A stretch of DNA of 64,000 nt from Octopus vulgaris (GCA_951406725.2 OX597839.1:35154001-35218000); one strand, 5' to 3'. Counted from the stretch's first letter, positions 51,888-63,970 are shown. Notes: generated by a model from the sequence alone, not told the origin. Numbers and translations: made by a program.

Positions 51888-52031
51888 CTGGTGGTTTACC
51901 GAATTTGGCGCTGCAGTTCTATCTGTCTTCTCTGTTCAGCAAAAGAAGCATCTCTTGCGTGCAAGAGCACATTCTCGTTCCGACGCTGTGCAATGTTGCC
52001 GGACAGTTTTCCAAGAACAAACTTCGACATG
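51888..52031 (+). CDS. NLR-like gene exon 7 (TPR-like)
   Basis: Acceptor cttcgcag|. Encodes SGGLPNLALQFYLSSLFSKRSISCVQEHILVPTLCNVAGQFSKNKLRH. Donor G|GTAAGT, phase 1-1. Confidence 0.88.
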
Positions 52032-52134
52032 GTAAGTCACTGGTTAGATGGCGCCACCGCTGCTGCTGCTGCTTCTTGCTTTGCTTGTCATAAGTTTATT
52101 CCTGCAACCCACTCCCACTCCTTCTCCTCTCCCT

Positions 52135-52510
52135 CCTCATCATCATCATCATTAACATCATCGTCATCAAAGCCATCGCCGTCGTCGTCGTCACCACAAT
52201 CAGCATGATGATCACCGACATCATCAGCATCATCATCATTGCCATTATCATCATCATCATCGCCACTATCAACGTCATCATTAGCATTGCCACCATCATC
52301 GTCATCATCATCACTATCAACATCGTCAGCATCATTATCATCGTTGTCGTCACCATCAACATCATTATCATCACCGTCAGCATCATCATCACTATCATCA
52401 TGAATGTCAATATATTCGTCGTCATTCCACCCGTTCTCCTCCTCCATCATTTTCATCCTCATCCTCATCATCATCATGATGGTTGTCAAGTCATCACCGT
52501 CATCATTACT
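52135..52510. repeat. Degenerate (CAT)n trinucleotide tract
   Basis: Direct inspection. Confidence 0.9.
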
Positions 52511-53680
52511 GTTGTAATTGCTTGCTAGTGAAACATGGGGATGTTGATTAGACATGGCAGTGTTAATTAGCATGAAAAGAGAAAAATGGCCAAGTCTTAG
52601 CAACATCAAAGAAATATCCCATACTGTGTGTGTAGCTCCTTGTTGTTTTCTATGACCCCATTTTGACAGAGGAAGATCAAATGATACATAGGAAGCGGTA
52701 AAGAGATTTGATCTCACATTGTTGGGGTTCACAGTTTTAAACAACACGTGACGGAAGTAAGTGGCAGTAATGCATCATGCTACATACCCCATTTACCCTT
52801 CGGCAACACCTTCACAATACAACCACTAACCTCTAGCACGGTGTAGGTGCATCATGTCGAGGTATGAGTTATCTCCCCTGTAGTGGCAGGCGAACCAGCT
52901 CTGGAGAAAATGCAGTGTGTGAAAAGTTAAAATGGTGACTCAAGATTTTTTTTCACAGTCGTGCTTGTGAAGAACTGTCAAACCAAGTATGATCGTAGTT
53001 GTGGCCGATGCCAGTGTCACGTCAATGACATCCGTGCCGGTGGCACATAAAAAGCTAACACTACAGGGGCTTTCTCTGTCCGGGTTGCAGATCCGTGGAA
53101 TAAGCTGCCCGATGACCGCTCGGTTCAAAGTCTCTCTTGACCAGAAATGGCCTGAACTCTTTGCATGAACACCCTCCCTGTACATAACTCCATGTCCCCC
53201 TACATGGCCTTGCTTTTTGCTTTTTGAGCCAAATTAACTTAACTTAACTTAACTCTTGTGGTGGTTGGTGGCATTGGGAAGGGCATCTAGCCGTAGATCC
53301 CATACCAAATCAGACTGGAACCTGGTGCAGCCTGCCAAGCTTAGCAGCTTTCAGTCAAACCGTCCAACCCCTGCTAGCATGGAAAACGGACATTAAATGA
53401 TGATGGTGGCGATCAGAATGCAAAGCACCCCTCACGACCACAGAGTCATGCGAGATACTCTTTACTCTCTTTTACTCTTTTACTTGTTTTAGTCATTTGA
53501 CTGCGGCCATGCTGGAGCACCGTCTTTAATCGAGCAACTCGACCCCGGGACTTATTCTTTTGTAAGCCCAGTACTTATTCTATCGGTCTCTTTTGCCAAA
53601 CCGCTAAGTAACGGGGACATAAACACACCAGCATCAGTTGTCAAGCAATGCTAGGGGGACAAACACAGACACACACACGC

Positions 53681-53711
<31 letters not shown>

Positions 53712-54709
53712 TACGACGGGCTTCTTTCAGTTTTCGTCTACCAAATCCACTCCCAAGGCTTTGGTCGACCCGAGGCTATAGTAGAAGACACTTGCCCAAG
53801 GTGCCATGCAGTGGGACTGAACCCGGAACCATGTGGTTGGTAAACAAGCTACTTGCCACTCCTGCACCTATATGGAGATGGTTATGATCTGTAAATTGTT
53901 TCAAGTAGGAACAAAAAAGTATGAACGCTCAATTCTGCATGGACCCACTGGGAGTCATAAAAGGGCAGAAAAGAATAAAACCGCTGTGTGCCTGTCAAAC
54001 AAGTTATGTGATGGTCTGCATACCATCGGGGGGAAGCTGGCAGAACCGTTAGCACGCCGGGCGAAATGCGTAGCCGTTTTTCGTCTGCCATTACGTTCTG
54101 AGTTCAAATTCCGCCGAGGTCGATTTTGCCTTTCATCCTTTCGGGGTCGATAAATTAAGTACCAGTTACGCACTGAGGTCAATGTAATCGACCTAATCTG
54201 TCTGTCTGTCCTTGTTTGTCCTCTCTGTGTTTAGCCCCTTGTGGGTAGTAAAGAAATAGATATTTCATCTGCCGCTACGTTCTGAGTTCAAATTCCGCCG
54301 AGGTCGACTTTGCCTTTCATCCTTTCGGGGTCGATAAATTAAGTACCAGTTACGCACTGGTGACGATGTAATCGACTCAATCCCTTTGTCTGTCCTTGTT
54401 TGTCCTCTCTGTGTTTAGCCCCTTGTGGGTAGTAAAGAAATAGGTACTATAATTCCATGTCTGACACCACTATCATGCAACTTGGCTGCAGTTTCCTTGT
54501 TTTTTTTTGTTGGTTCTTTTCTTTTTTATTTTCCATTATCAACAGGAGTGGCTGTGTGGTAAGTAGATTGCTTACCAACCACATGGTTGTTGGTTCAGTC
54601 CCACTGCGTGGCACCTTGGGCAAGTGTCTTCTTCTATAGCCTCGGGCCTACCAAAGCCTTGTGAGTGGATTTGGTTGACGGAAACTGAAAGAAGCCTGTC
54701 GTATATATG

Positions 54710-54747
<38 letters not shown>

Positions 54748-55002
54748 TGTGTGTGTTTGTCCCCCCCAACATCGCTTGACAACCGATGCTGGTGTGTTTA
54801 CATCCCCGTAACTTAGCGGTTCGGCAAAAGAGACCGATAGAATAAGCACCAGGCTTCGAAAGAATAAGTCCTGGGGTCGATTTGCATGACTAAAGGCGGT
54901 GCTCCAGCATGGCCGCAGTCAAATGACTGAAACAAGTAAAAAGAGAGAATAACAGATTTATCTCCCTTTACACGCCACTCTCCTTTTTATTTCTCCATAT
55001 CC

Positions 55003-55037
<35 letters not shown>

Positions 55038-55426
55038 TTCATCCCCTCTTCCTCTTCACGTAAAAACTCCTCAAAGTGGTGCTCCAGCATGGCCGCAGCC
55101 TAACGACTGAAACAAGTAAAAGGGAAAAGATAACAGACGGATTAATTAATCAATTTGGCCTTATCTGCCTTGCTTGGTATTTTTGTGATTTCAAACCATC
55201 ACTGTCAGCTAATTGTTTTCCATGACCCCAACTAATTGTCAACTAATTATTTGCATAACTCACTTGATTAATCTTATTAAACCCATCACAGTTTGCAGCG
55301 TTTTGTTGGGGTTTTTTTGTATGTTCCTGTTTTTCCTTTTTTTTTTATCTTCTCTTTTCCTCCCCCTCCTTCTCATCCTATTTTTCTAACTCTCCGCTCA
55401 CACCAATCTGATTATCATGTGTACTA

Positions 55427-55484
<58 letters not shown>

Positions 55485-55530
55485 ATTTCCCTGTGGTATC
55501 TGTATATCTACCTTTCTATATTTCTATCTC

Positions 55531-56070
55531 CGAAAAGCTCTATCTGCGACGATTTCATCTCAATCAAAGGAGAGGGGCTTTTTCCGTCCGGGTTGTGGAT
55601 CCATGGAATAAGCTGCCGGACGAGATGGTGAAGATGCCGACGACCGCTCGGTTCAAAGTTTCTCTTGACCACAAATGGCCTGAACTCTTTGCATGAACAC
55701 CCTCCCTGTACATAACTCCATCTCCCCCTACATGGCCTTGCTTTTTGCTTTTTGAGCTAAAAAATTAACTTAACTTAACATGATGGTTCGACTTAAGAGC
55801 GTTGGCTGCGGGGCCACTCCGAAAAGCTCTATCTGCGATGATTTCATCTCAATCGAAGGAGAGGGGCTTTCTCCGTCCAGGTTGCGGATCCGTGGAATAA
55901 ACTGCCGGACGAGATAGTGAAGATGCCGACGACCGCTCGGTTCAAAGTCTCTCTTGACCAGAAATGGCCTGAACTCTTTGCATGAACACCCTCCCTGTAC
56001 ATAACTCCATGTCCCCCCTACATGGCCTTGCTTTTTGCTTTTTGAGCCAAAAAAATTAACTTAACTTAAC
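55531..56070 (+). mobile_element. Two tandem CR1/L2-group LINE 3' ends with (TTAAC)n tails
   Basis: Encode (RGHS)EKLYLRRFHLNQRRGAFSVRVVDPWNKLPDEMVKMPTTARFKVSLDHKW. Third copy at 53065-53252. Confidence 0.85.
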
Positions 56071-56475
56071 TATCTATCTATATCTATTGTTTCTTTTATC
56101 TCTATATCTATCTCTCTCTCAATGTCCTTCTATCTATCCCTATCCATCTATCTTCCTCTATGTCTCTAAGTCCTTCTCTCTCTTTTTCTATCTATCTATC
56201 ATTTTCTCTATTTCTATATCTTTATCTCTCAATATCCATCCATCTATCTATCTCTACCTATCTATCTGTCTCTATCTATCTATGTCTCTCTCTCTTTCTA
56301 TTTATCTCTCTTTATCTCTGTTTCTATTTTTATCTCCCTCAATGTATCTTTCTCTCTCTCAATGTACCTCTCTCTTTCTCTCAATGTCTCTCTCTCTCTC
56401 TATTTCCCTCTTGATCTATCTTTATTTCTCTCTATATCTATTTTTATGTCTCTCTTTCTCTCTCTCTTTCACTAG

Positions 56476-56587
56476 ATTTAGCTCTGAACTTCTTACACGA
56501 AGCAAAAGAGATCCGCGCACGGACTGGCTGGGTTCACCCCTACACGGCACTTGTGATGTGGAATATCGGCATGGTGACCATGAGAAA
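56476..56587 (+). CDS. NLR-like gene exon 8 (TPR-like; coding frame not in ORF track)
   Basis: Acceptor tttcactag|. Encodes DLALNFLHEAKEIRARTGWVHPYTALVMWNIGMVTMR (A..IR...HP.TA...NIG, kinesin-light-chain-type TPR). Donor AA|GTAAGA, phase 1-2. Confidence 0.88.
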
Positions 56588-57531
56588 GTAAGACTTTCAT
56601 CTCATTTCTGTTGGTGTGAAGAGGTGGGGGTTACTGTGTGGGCAGGTCGTGGAGGTGGTGGTGAAGGCAAGTTGGAGGGTGGGAGCTGGGTGCATTGCAG
56701 CAATGGGGGAAGAGGGTGGCAGTGGTAGGAATATTCAGCAATCACCTGAGATTGAAATTTGCTAGAATATTACCCAAATATAGGCACAGGAGTGGCTGTG
56801 TGGTAAGTAGCTCGTTTACCAACCACATGGTTCCGAGTTTAGTCCCACTGCATGGCACCTTGGGCAAGTGTCTTCTACTATAGCCTCGGGCTGACCAAAG
56901 CCTTGTGAGTGGATTTGGTAGACGGAAACTGAAAGAAGCCCATCGTATATATGTATATATATATGTATGTATGTGTTTGTGTGTCTGTGTTTGTCCCCCT
57001 AGCATTGCTTGACAACCGATGCTGGTGTGTGTACGTCCCCATTACTTAGCGGTTCGGCAAAAGAGACCGATAGAATAAGTACTGGGCTTACAAAGAATAA
57101 GTCTCGGGGTCGATTTGCTCGACTAAAGGCGGTGCTCCAGCATGGCCGCAGTCAAATGACTGAAACAAGTATAAGAGTAAAGAGTAAATGATTAAAAATA
57201 AAATCTAACCAATCACAACTCCGCCTAGAACTGACTCCAGCAAATAATCCCGTCTTTTTTGCACCTTTCCGTCTGAGCCTAAACACCTGTATAAATTCAG
57301 CACACCTTGGCTACTTAACCAGAGAGCTTTGGGATGCAGCAGAGAGAGCAGATATATGGCAAACAGATGCTGACCCAAGCTGACATCAATCATAGCAAAT
57401 GATCGACGGCAGCTAACGCTCTGACTGCTATTACAATTACACCAAGAACAACAACATTCAAACTCTCTCAACATTTTTGTTGTTTGTTGTAATGACAGTA
57501 TTTGTTATTGGTGTACAAGATAAAAATTCTG

Positions 57532-57941
57532 GGATCTTTTCGGTTTGAACGGCAGTTTTTAACATAATTTCTAGGTAACTAAAAAATGTTAAACTTCGTA
57601 TACTGGTAGAATGTGTTTATAAAACATCTTTTTCTCTTGGCTTTATTGAGAAAATTCTATAGTTTGTAAGATATTTGTTGTTTTTTTTCTTCAATTTCTG
57701 CAATTTCAACCAATCACTGATGTCTATTGAGGTGATAAACATTCTGTGCCGTATGAATATGTCCCTCATTTGAGAAAGAGATTGGATTTATTTACATTTC
57801 TGAAGAAAAAAAGATACCCTTCCCCCACCCCTAACCCTAAAACAGATTGAAATGCAATAGATCGATACTGGGGTCATAATTATGGGTGACAATTTCATAT
57901 GACACCGCTAGAAAAAACTGCCATTCAAACCGAAAAGATCC
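57532..57941. mobile_element. MITE with GG-starting ~28-bp TIRs and 8-bp TSD (Merlin-like; hAT not excluded)
   Basis: AAATTCTG|GGATCTTTTCGGTTTGAACGGCAG ... CTGCCATTCAAACCGAAAAGATCC|AAATTCTG. Other copies at 49321-49716 and 24812-25075 (partial). Confidence 0.8.
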
Positions 57942-58458
57942 AAATTCTGTTAGCAAGAGTCTCAATGGATTTTGCCACCTTCTTCTTCTTCTTCATACTG
58001 GGGTCTCGGTGTAAACCAAAATATATGTTTTAAAGATTGGGAAAGTAGCTCCCTAAAGAACTTTGAAATGATGCATATAAACTGGGAGAGGTTACATGCA
58101 ACGAATCAGCAAAACTGGAGTAAAATCCGAAAAGGTGCTGTTTCAGAAAATTACTATTTGTAAATCTCACAACGGGCATGGCTGTGTGGTTAGGGAGCTT
58201 GCTTCCTAGCTACATGGTTTCGGGTTCAGTCCCACTGCATGGCACTTTGGGTAGGTGTCTTCCACTATAGCCTCGAGCCGACCGGAGCTTTGTGATTGAA
58301 TTTGGTAGGTGGAAGTTGCTGCTGTGTGTGTATATGTGCGTTTAGCTGCTCAGTGCCTCTCCGAAAGAGAGAAAGAGGGATCAGTGACTGGTTGTCACTT
58401 TGAAAACTATATATTTCGAACGGGAACTTGGCAGCGCCACCTCTAGCCGAACAATTAT

Positions 58459-58503
58459 TCTGTGCTGATGAAGGGAAATAACCCAGAAATTGCGATACAC
58501 AGA
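58459..58503 (+). ncRNA. Minimal type-I hammerhead ribozyme motif, canonical CUGAUGA core, sense to the host gene intron
   Basis: TCTGTG CTGATGA A GGG AAATAA CCC A GAAA TTGCGA TA CACAGA. Confidence 0.68.
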
Positions 58504-59075
58504 TATTGTTTTGAGCTGAGTTGGGGTGCTAGATTCCCTTGTTCGAAAATATAAGGACACGTAAAAGGGCACCATTCGAGCATGATCATTACCAACGTCA
58601 CCTTACTGGCACCTGTGCCAGCGGCATGTGTAAAAAGATTCGAGCGAGGTCATTGCCAGTACCTATTTCTTTACTACCCACAAGGGGCTAAATACAGAGG
58701 GGACAAACAAGGACAGACAAACGGATTAAGTCGATTATACCGACCCCAGTGCGTAACTGGTACTTAATTTATCGACCCTGAAAGGATGAAAGGCAAAGTC
58801 GACCTCGGCGGAATTTGATGTCAGAACATAGCTGAAGACGAAATACCGCTTAGCATTTCGCCCGGCATGCTAATGTTTCTGCCAGCTCGCCGCCTGTACC
58901 GTCTGACTGGCACGTAAAAGCACCCACTACACTCTCAGAGTGGTTGGCGTTAGGAAGGGCATTCAGCTGTAGAAACTTTGCCAGATCAAGATTGGAGCCT
59001 GATGCAGCCATCTGGTTCGCCAGCCCTCAGTCAAAATCGTCCAACCCATGCCAGCATGGAAAGCAGACATTAAAC

Positions 59076-59113
<38 letters not shown>

Positions 59114-60394
59114 CAGATCGTGTCATATAGCCAACTGGAGACAATGTCTCCTGGGGCTAAATTACAGCAACATTCGTCCTAAACCAGGACTGCCATGTTA
59201 TGTTGGCAAATAATTTTTACTACAAAGGTGCTGCTTTATTTGAAGATATCAAGCAGAAATATGCAGTGACAAAAAGAGAGGCAAGAAAGTGTTTGCTTGT
59301 GGCCGACGATCTTTGCCTCCATGTTTGTGATGCTTATAACCTCATTTGTCTCTCCCAAGCTAGAGAGTTAGTCACAAAGAGAAGCACTTATTTAGCCCTT
59401 CCCTACTCTCTCCAGTTACACTTACTCTCTATCAAACTATTTCACTCTGTTTATAACATGATCAGCAAAAGTAAATATGGGTTGAGTTGCTCGCACAAAA
59501 ATGTGTCAGCTTTCACAAGTAAATTCAGTGTTTTTGTGGCACAAATATAAAAAAAATTTGTAAGTCTGTAGCTGAGCTAAAAGTCATCTCCAGTTACATG
59601 GCATAAAACTATGTATGTCACAATTTACAAGTCTCTAGCTGAACTCAAAAGCTTCCAGTTACATAATATAAATCTATGGAAAAATTTATAAATATTTAGC
59701 TGAACTAAAAAGTCATTTCCAGTTACATGGCCTAAAACTATGTATGTCAAAATCTACAAGTCTCTAGCTGAACTCAAAAATTTCCAGTTACATAATATAA
59801 ATCCATGGAAAAATTTATAAATATTTAGCTGAACTAAAAAGTCATTTCCAATCACAAACGTATAGACTGTCTCTAATTGTCTTGAAGTAATTTTTGTAAG
59901 CTGTAAATATTTTATTTTATAAAAATTTCCTCTGTGGTGGTTCCAAATCAAATTCGTGAATAACTCTGGCTTATTTATTAATCTCTATAGGTAAATAATT
60001 TTTGATTTTTTAAAATATATTTTATCTTTATTTAAACATTTAATTCTGTCTGTATATAACAGTAATTCTTTACACTAGGCACAAGGCCCGAAATTTTGGG
60101 GGAGAGGACCAGTCGATTAGATCGACCCCAGTACGCAACTGGTACTTAATTTATCGACCCCGAAAGAATGAAAGGCAAAGTCGACCTCGTCCTAAGTTGC
60201 AAATGTTGTTAAGAGGTCACTGGATTATATTACGTCAATTTTTTTTCATGTATTGTTTGTGTGTTTGTGGGTTGTTTGTTTTACCTCATTTGGAGTCCCT
60301 GCGTGTAGAGTCTGTTGATGCTGCTGCTGGGGGGTGAAAGATGCTCGATGAACGAGTCAGCAATCTTCGTTTCTGTGGCTGTGTGGTATGTTGC

Positions 60395-60457
60395 ACGTGT
60401 GTGTGTGTGTGTGTGTAGGTTTACATGTGCATGTATGTATGTTTATGTGTGTGAGTG

Positions 60458-60488
<31 letters not shown>

Positions 60489-60940
60489 ATGTTTATATGT
60501 GCATGTGTGTATGTATATGTGTGTGAGTGTATATATATATATATATATATATATGCGCTTGTGTGTGTGTGTATGTATATGTGTGTGAGTGTATGTATAT
60601 ATATATATGCGCTTGTGTGTGTGTGTATGTTTATGTGCTTGTATGTATGTATATGTGTGTGAGTGTATATATATATATATATATATGTGTGTGCTTGTGT
60701 GTGTGTATATATATTTATGTGTGCTTGTGTATGTATTTATATGTGCATGTATGTGTGTGTGTATATGTTTATATGTGCTTGTGTGTGTGTATGTTTATAT
60801 GTCCATGTATGTATATGTGCGAGTGTGTATATATATGTGTGTGTGCGTGTGCTTATGTGTATGTATGTCTATATATATATTTATATGTATGTGTGTGTAT
60901 ATATATGTTTATATGTGCATGTATGTATATTTGTGTGTGG
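60395..60940. repeat. (TG)/(TA) compound microsatellite
   Basis: Direct inspection. Confidence 0.95.
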
Positions 60941-61319
60941 TTATGAGGATGTGGCTGTTTGGTAAGAAGATTGCTTCCCAACCACATGGTTCCAGGTTCA
61001 ACCCCATTGCGTAGTACCCTGGGCAAGTGTCTTCTGCTATAGCCCTGGGTTAACTAATACCTTGGGAGAGAACTTGGGATGTGAAAACAATATTAAAACT
61101 CTGTAGACAGTGGCAAGCTGGCAGAATCGTTAACCTGCCAGTCAAAATACTTAGTGGCATTGTGTCCATCTTCACATCCCGAGTTCAAATTCCACCAAGG
61201 CCAGCTTTGCCTTTCATCCTTTCAGGGTCAATAAATTAAGTACCAGTAAAACACTGGTATCAATGTAATCGACTATTCCCCTTCCCCAAATTTCAGGCCT
61301 TGTGCCTAAAATAGAAAGG

Positions 61320-61354
<35 letters not shown>

Positions 61355-61404
61355 CATTATTATTATTATTATTATCATTATTATTATTATTATTATCATC
61401 ATTA

Positions 61405-61435
<31 letters not shown>

Positions 61436-61691
61436 TATTATTATTACCACCTAAGGTGGCAAGCTGGAAGAATCGTTAACCTGCTGAGTTGGGGTGCTAG
61501 ATTCCCTTTAGCAGCGTTGTATCTGTTTTCACATTCTGAGTTCAAACTCCACTGAGGTTGACTTTGCCTTTCACCCTTTCGGGGTCAATAAAATAAGTAC
61601 CAGTTGAACACTGGCGTTGATGTAATTAACTCACCCTCTCCCCCAAAACTGTTGCCCTTCTGGCAAAATTTTAAACCATTGTTGTTGTTGA

Positions 61692-61725
<34 letters not shown>

Positions 61726-62160
61726 GAGTGAGAGAGCAGTTCATGCCATCAAAGTGACACTGGGGTAAAATATACGAAGCCCAGTATACCCATCATGACT
61801 ACCCGTCTGATAAGGGTACACTAGGCACATGCATCACAACCATATGTGTGCATGACATGGTGATCTCATATCAAGATAAACAGCGCGTGACCTTGCAGGT
61901 GGGGCCCAGTTAGAATTTTCTTCTGGTCAAGTAACCCATCCCACTCGAAAGGTCCCTAAACATCATTATTATTGTTGTTGTTGTTTTATTATTATTTTGT
62001 CTGTCTTTACGTTCTGAGGTCAAATTCCGTTAAGGTCCACTTTGCCTTTCATCCTTTCCGAGGTCAATGAAATAAGTACCAGTTGAACAATGCACTTGAC
62101 TTACCCCATCCCCTGAAATTGCTGGCCTTGTGTCAAAATTAATAACGAACAATGTAAATC

Positions 62161-62930
62161 GTGCTGGTGACACGTAAAAAGCACCATCCGAACGTGGCCT
62201 TTTGCCAGCGTGCTCTGGCCCCTGTGCTGGTGGCACATAAAAGTACCAACCGATCATAGCTGTTTCTCAGCGTACTCTGGCCCCTGTGCTGGTGGCAACA
62301 TAAAAGTACCAACCGATCATAGCTGTTTCTCAGCGTACTCTGGCCCCTGTGCTGGTGGCACATAAAAGTACCAACCGATCATAGCTGTTTCTCAGCGTAC
62401 TCTGGCCCCTGTGCTGGTGGCACATAAAAGTACCAACCGATCATAGCTGTTTCTCAGCGTACTCTGGCCCCTGTGCTGGTGGCACATAAAAGTACCAACC
62501 GATCATGGCTGTTTCTCAGCGTACTCTGGCCCCTGTGCTGGTGGCACATAAAAGTACCAACCAATCATAGCTGTTTCTCAGCGTACTCTGGCCCCTGTGC
62601 TGGTGGCACATAGAAGTACCAACCGATCATGGCTGTTTGTCAGCGTGCTCTGGCCCCTGTGCTGGTGGCACATAGAAGTACCAACCGATCATGGCTGTTT
62701 GTCAGCGTACTCTGGCCCCTGTGCTGGTGGCACATAAAAGTACCAACCAATCATAGCTGTTTGTCAGCGTGCTCTGGCCCCTGTGCTGGTGGCACATAAA
62801 AGTACCAACCGATCATGGCTGTTTGTCAGCGTACTCTGGCCCCTGTGCTGGTGGCACATAGAAGTACCAACCGATCATGGCTGTTTGTCAGCGTGCTCTG
62901 GCCCCTGTGCTGGAGGCACATAAAAAGTAC
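62161..62930 (+). repeat. 62-bp tandem repeat (~12 units) expanded inside a family C element
   Basis: Unit GTGCTGGTGGCACATAAAAGTACCAACCGATCATAGCTGTTTCTCAGCGTACTCTGGCCCCT, followed by the normal family C tail to 63103. Confidence 0.93.
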
Positions 62931-63140
62931 CCACTACACTCACGGAGTGGTTGGCGTTAGGAAGGACATCCAGCTGTAGAAACACTGCCAGATCAGAGTG
63001 GAGCCTGGTGAGGCCTCCTGGCTTCCCCGACCCCGGCCAAACCGTCCAACCCATGCTAGCATGGAGAACGGACGTTAAAAGATGATGATGATGATGATGA
63101 TGTAATAATTAACTGTAAGTTTCACCTGTCCATATTGCAG

Positions 63141-63402
63141 AGGCTGCTGTGAGGAGGCTCTTCCATTCCTCTGCGAAGCCAACAATTTGTACAACCAGGT
63201 GCATCCAAACCACTATGTCAATGCAGAGGTGAAGATTTGGCTGGCGCACTGCTTGCATTTAGTAGGTGATAAATCAGAAGCAGAGAGGGTCCTGTTGGAG
63301 GCTTTGGTGAACAAGGACAGGTATTTGTCGCTCTGTCCACAGAGTGAAGCTGTCAGCTGTACCCTTGAGCATCTTGTCAGACTGAACATAGGTAACCGAC
63401 AG
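63141..63402 (+). CDS. NLR-like gene exon 9 (TPR-like; gene continues beyond window)
   Basis: Acceptor attgcag|. Encodes KGCCEEALPFLCEANNLYNQVHPNHYVNAEVKIWLAHCLHLVGDKSEAERVLLEAL...GNRQ. Donor CAG|GTAAGC, phase 2-0. Confidence 0.88.
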
Positions 63403-63436
63403 GTAAGCAATTGATGATATTTATTCTGTGGCCAAA

Positions 63437-63970
63437 AGGCGGCGAGCTGGCAGCAACGTTAGCAGGCCGGGCAAAATGCTTAGCGGTATTTCGTCTGCCG
63501 CTACGTTCTGAGTTCAAATTCCGCCGTGGTCAACTTTGCCTTTCATCCTTTTGGGGTTGATTAAATAAGTACCAGTTACGCACTGGGGTCAATATAATCG
63601 ACTTAATCCGTTTGTCTGTCCTTGTTTGTCCCCTCTCTGTGTTTAGCCCCTTGTGGGTAGTAAAGAAATAAGAGTGTCCAATGTAATAATAAATACCAGC
63701 CCTTAAATGAAAAATGAAGTACCAGTTACGCACTGGGGTCGATGTAATCGACTTAATCCATTTGTCTGTCTTTGTTTGTCCCCTCTCTGTGTTTAGCCCC
63801 TTCTGGGTAGTAAAGAAATAAGAGTGTCCAAATGTAATAATAAATACCAGCCCTTAAATGAAAAATTAAGTACCAGTTATGAACTGGGGGTCGATGTAAT
63901 CGACTTAATACATTTGTCTGTCCTTGTTTGTCCTCTCTGTGTTTAGCCTCTTGTAGGTAGTAAAGAAATA
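63437..63970 (+). mobile_element. SINE-B with triplicated 3' half
   Basis: One head, then AAGTACCAGTT...GTAAAGAAATA three times, with a shared GAGTGTCCAATGTAATAATAAATACCAGCCC spacer. Confidence 0.8.

Noticed and set aside
59200-59550. 116-aa ORF in intron 8 as an extra exon
   Set aside because: No good acceptor/donor pair or TPR pattern; exons 8 and 9 already join in frame.
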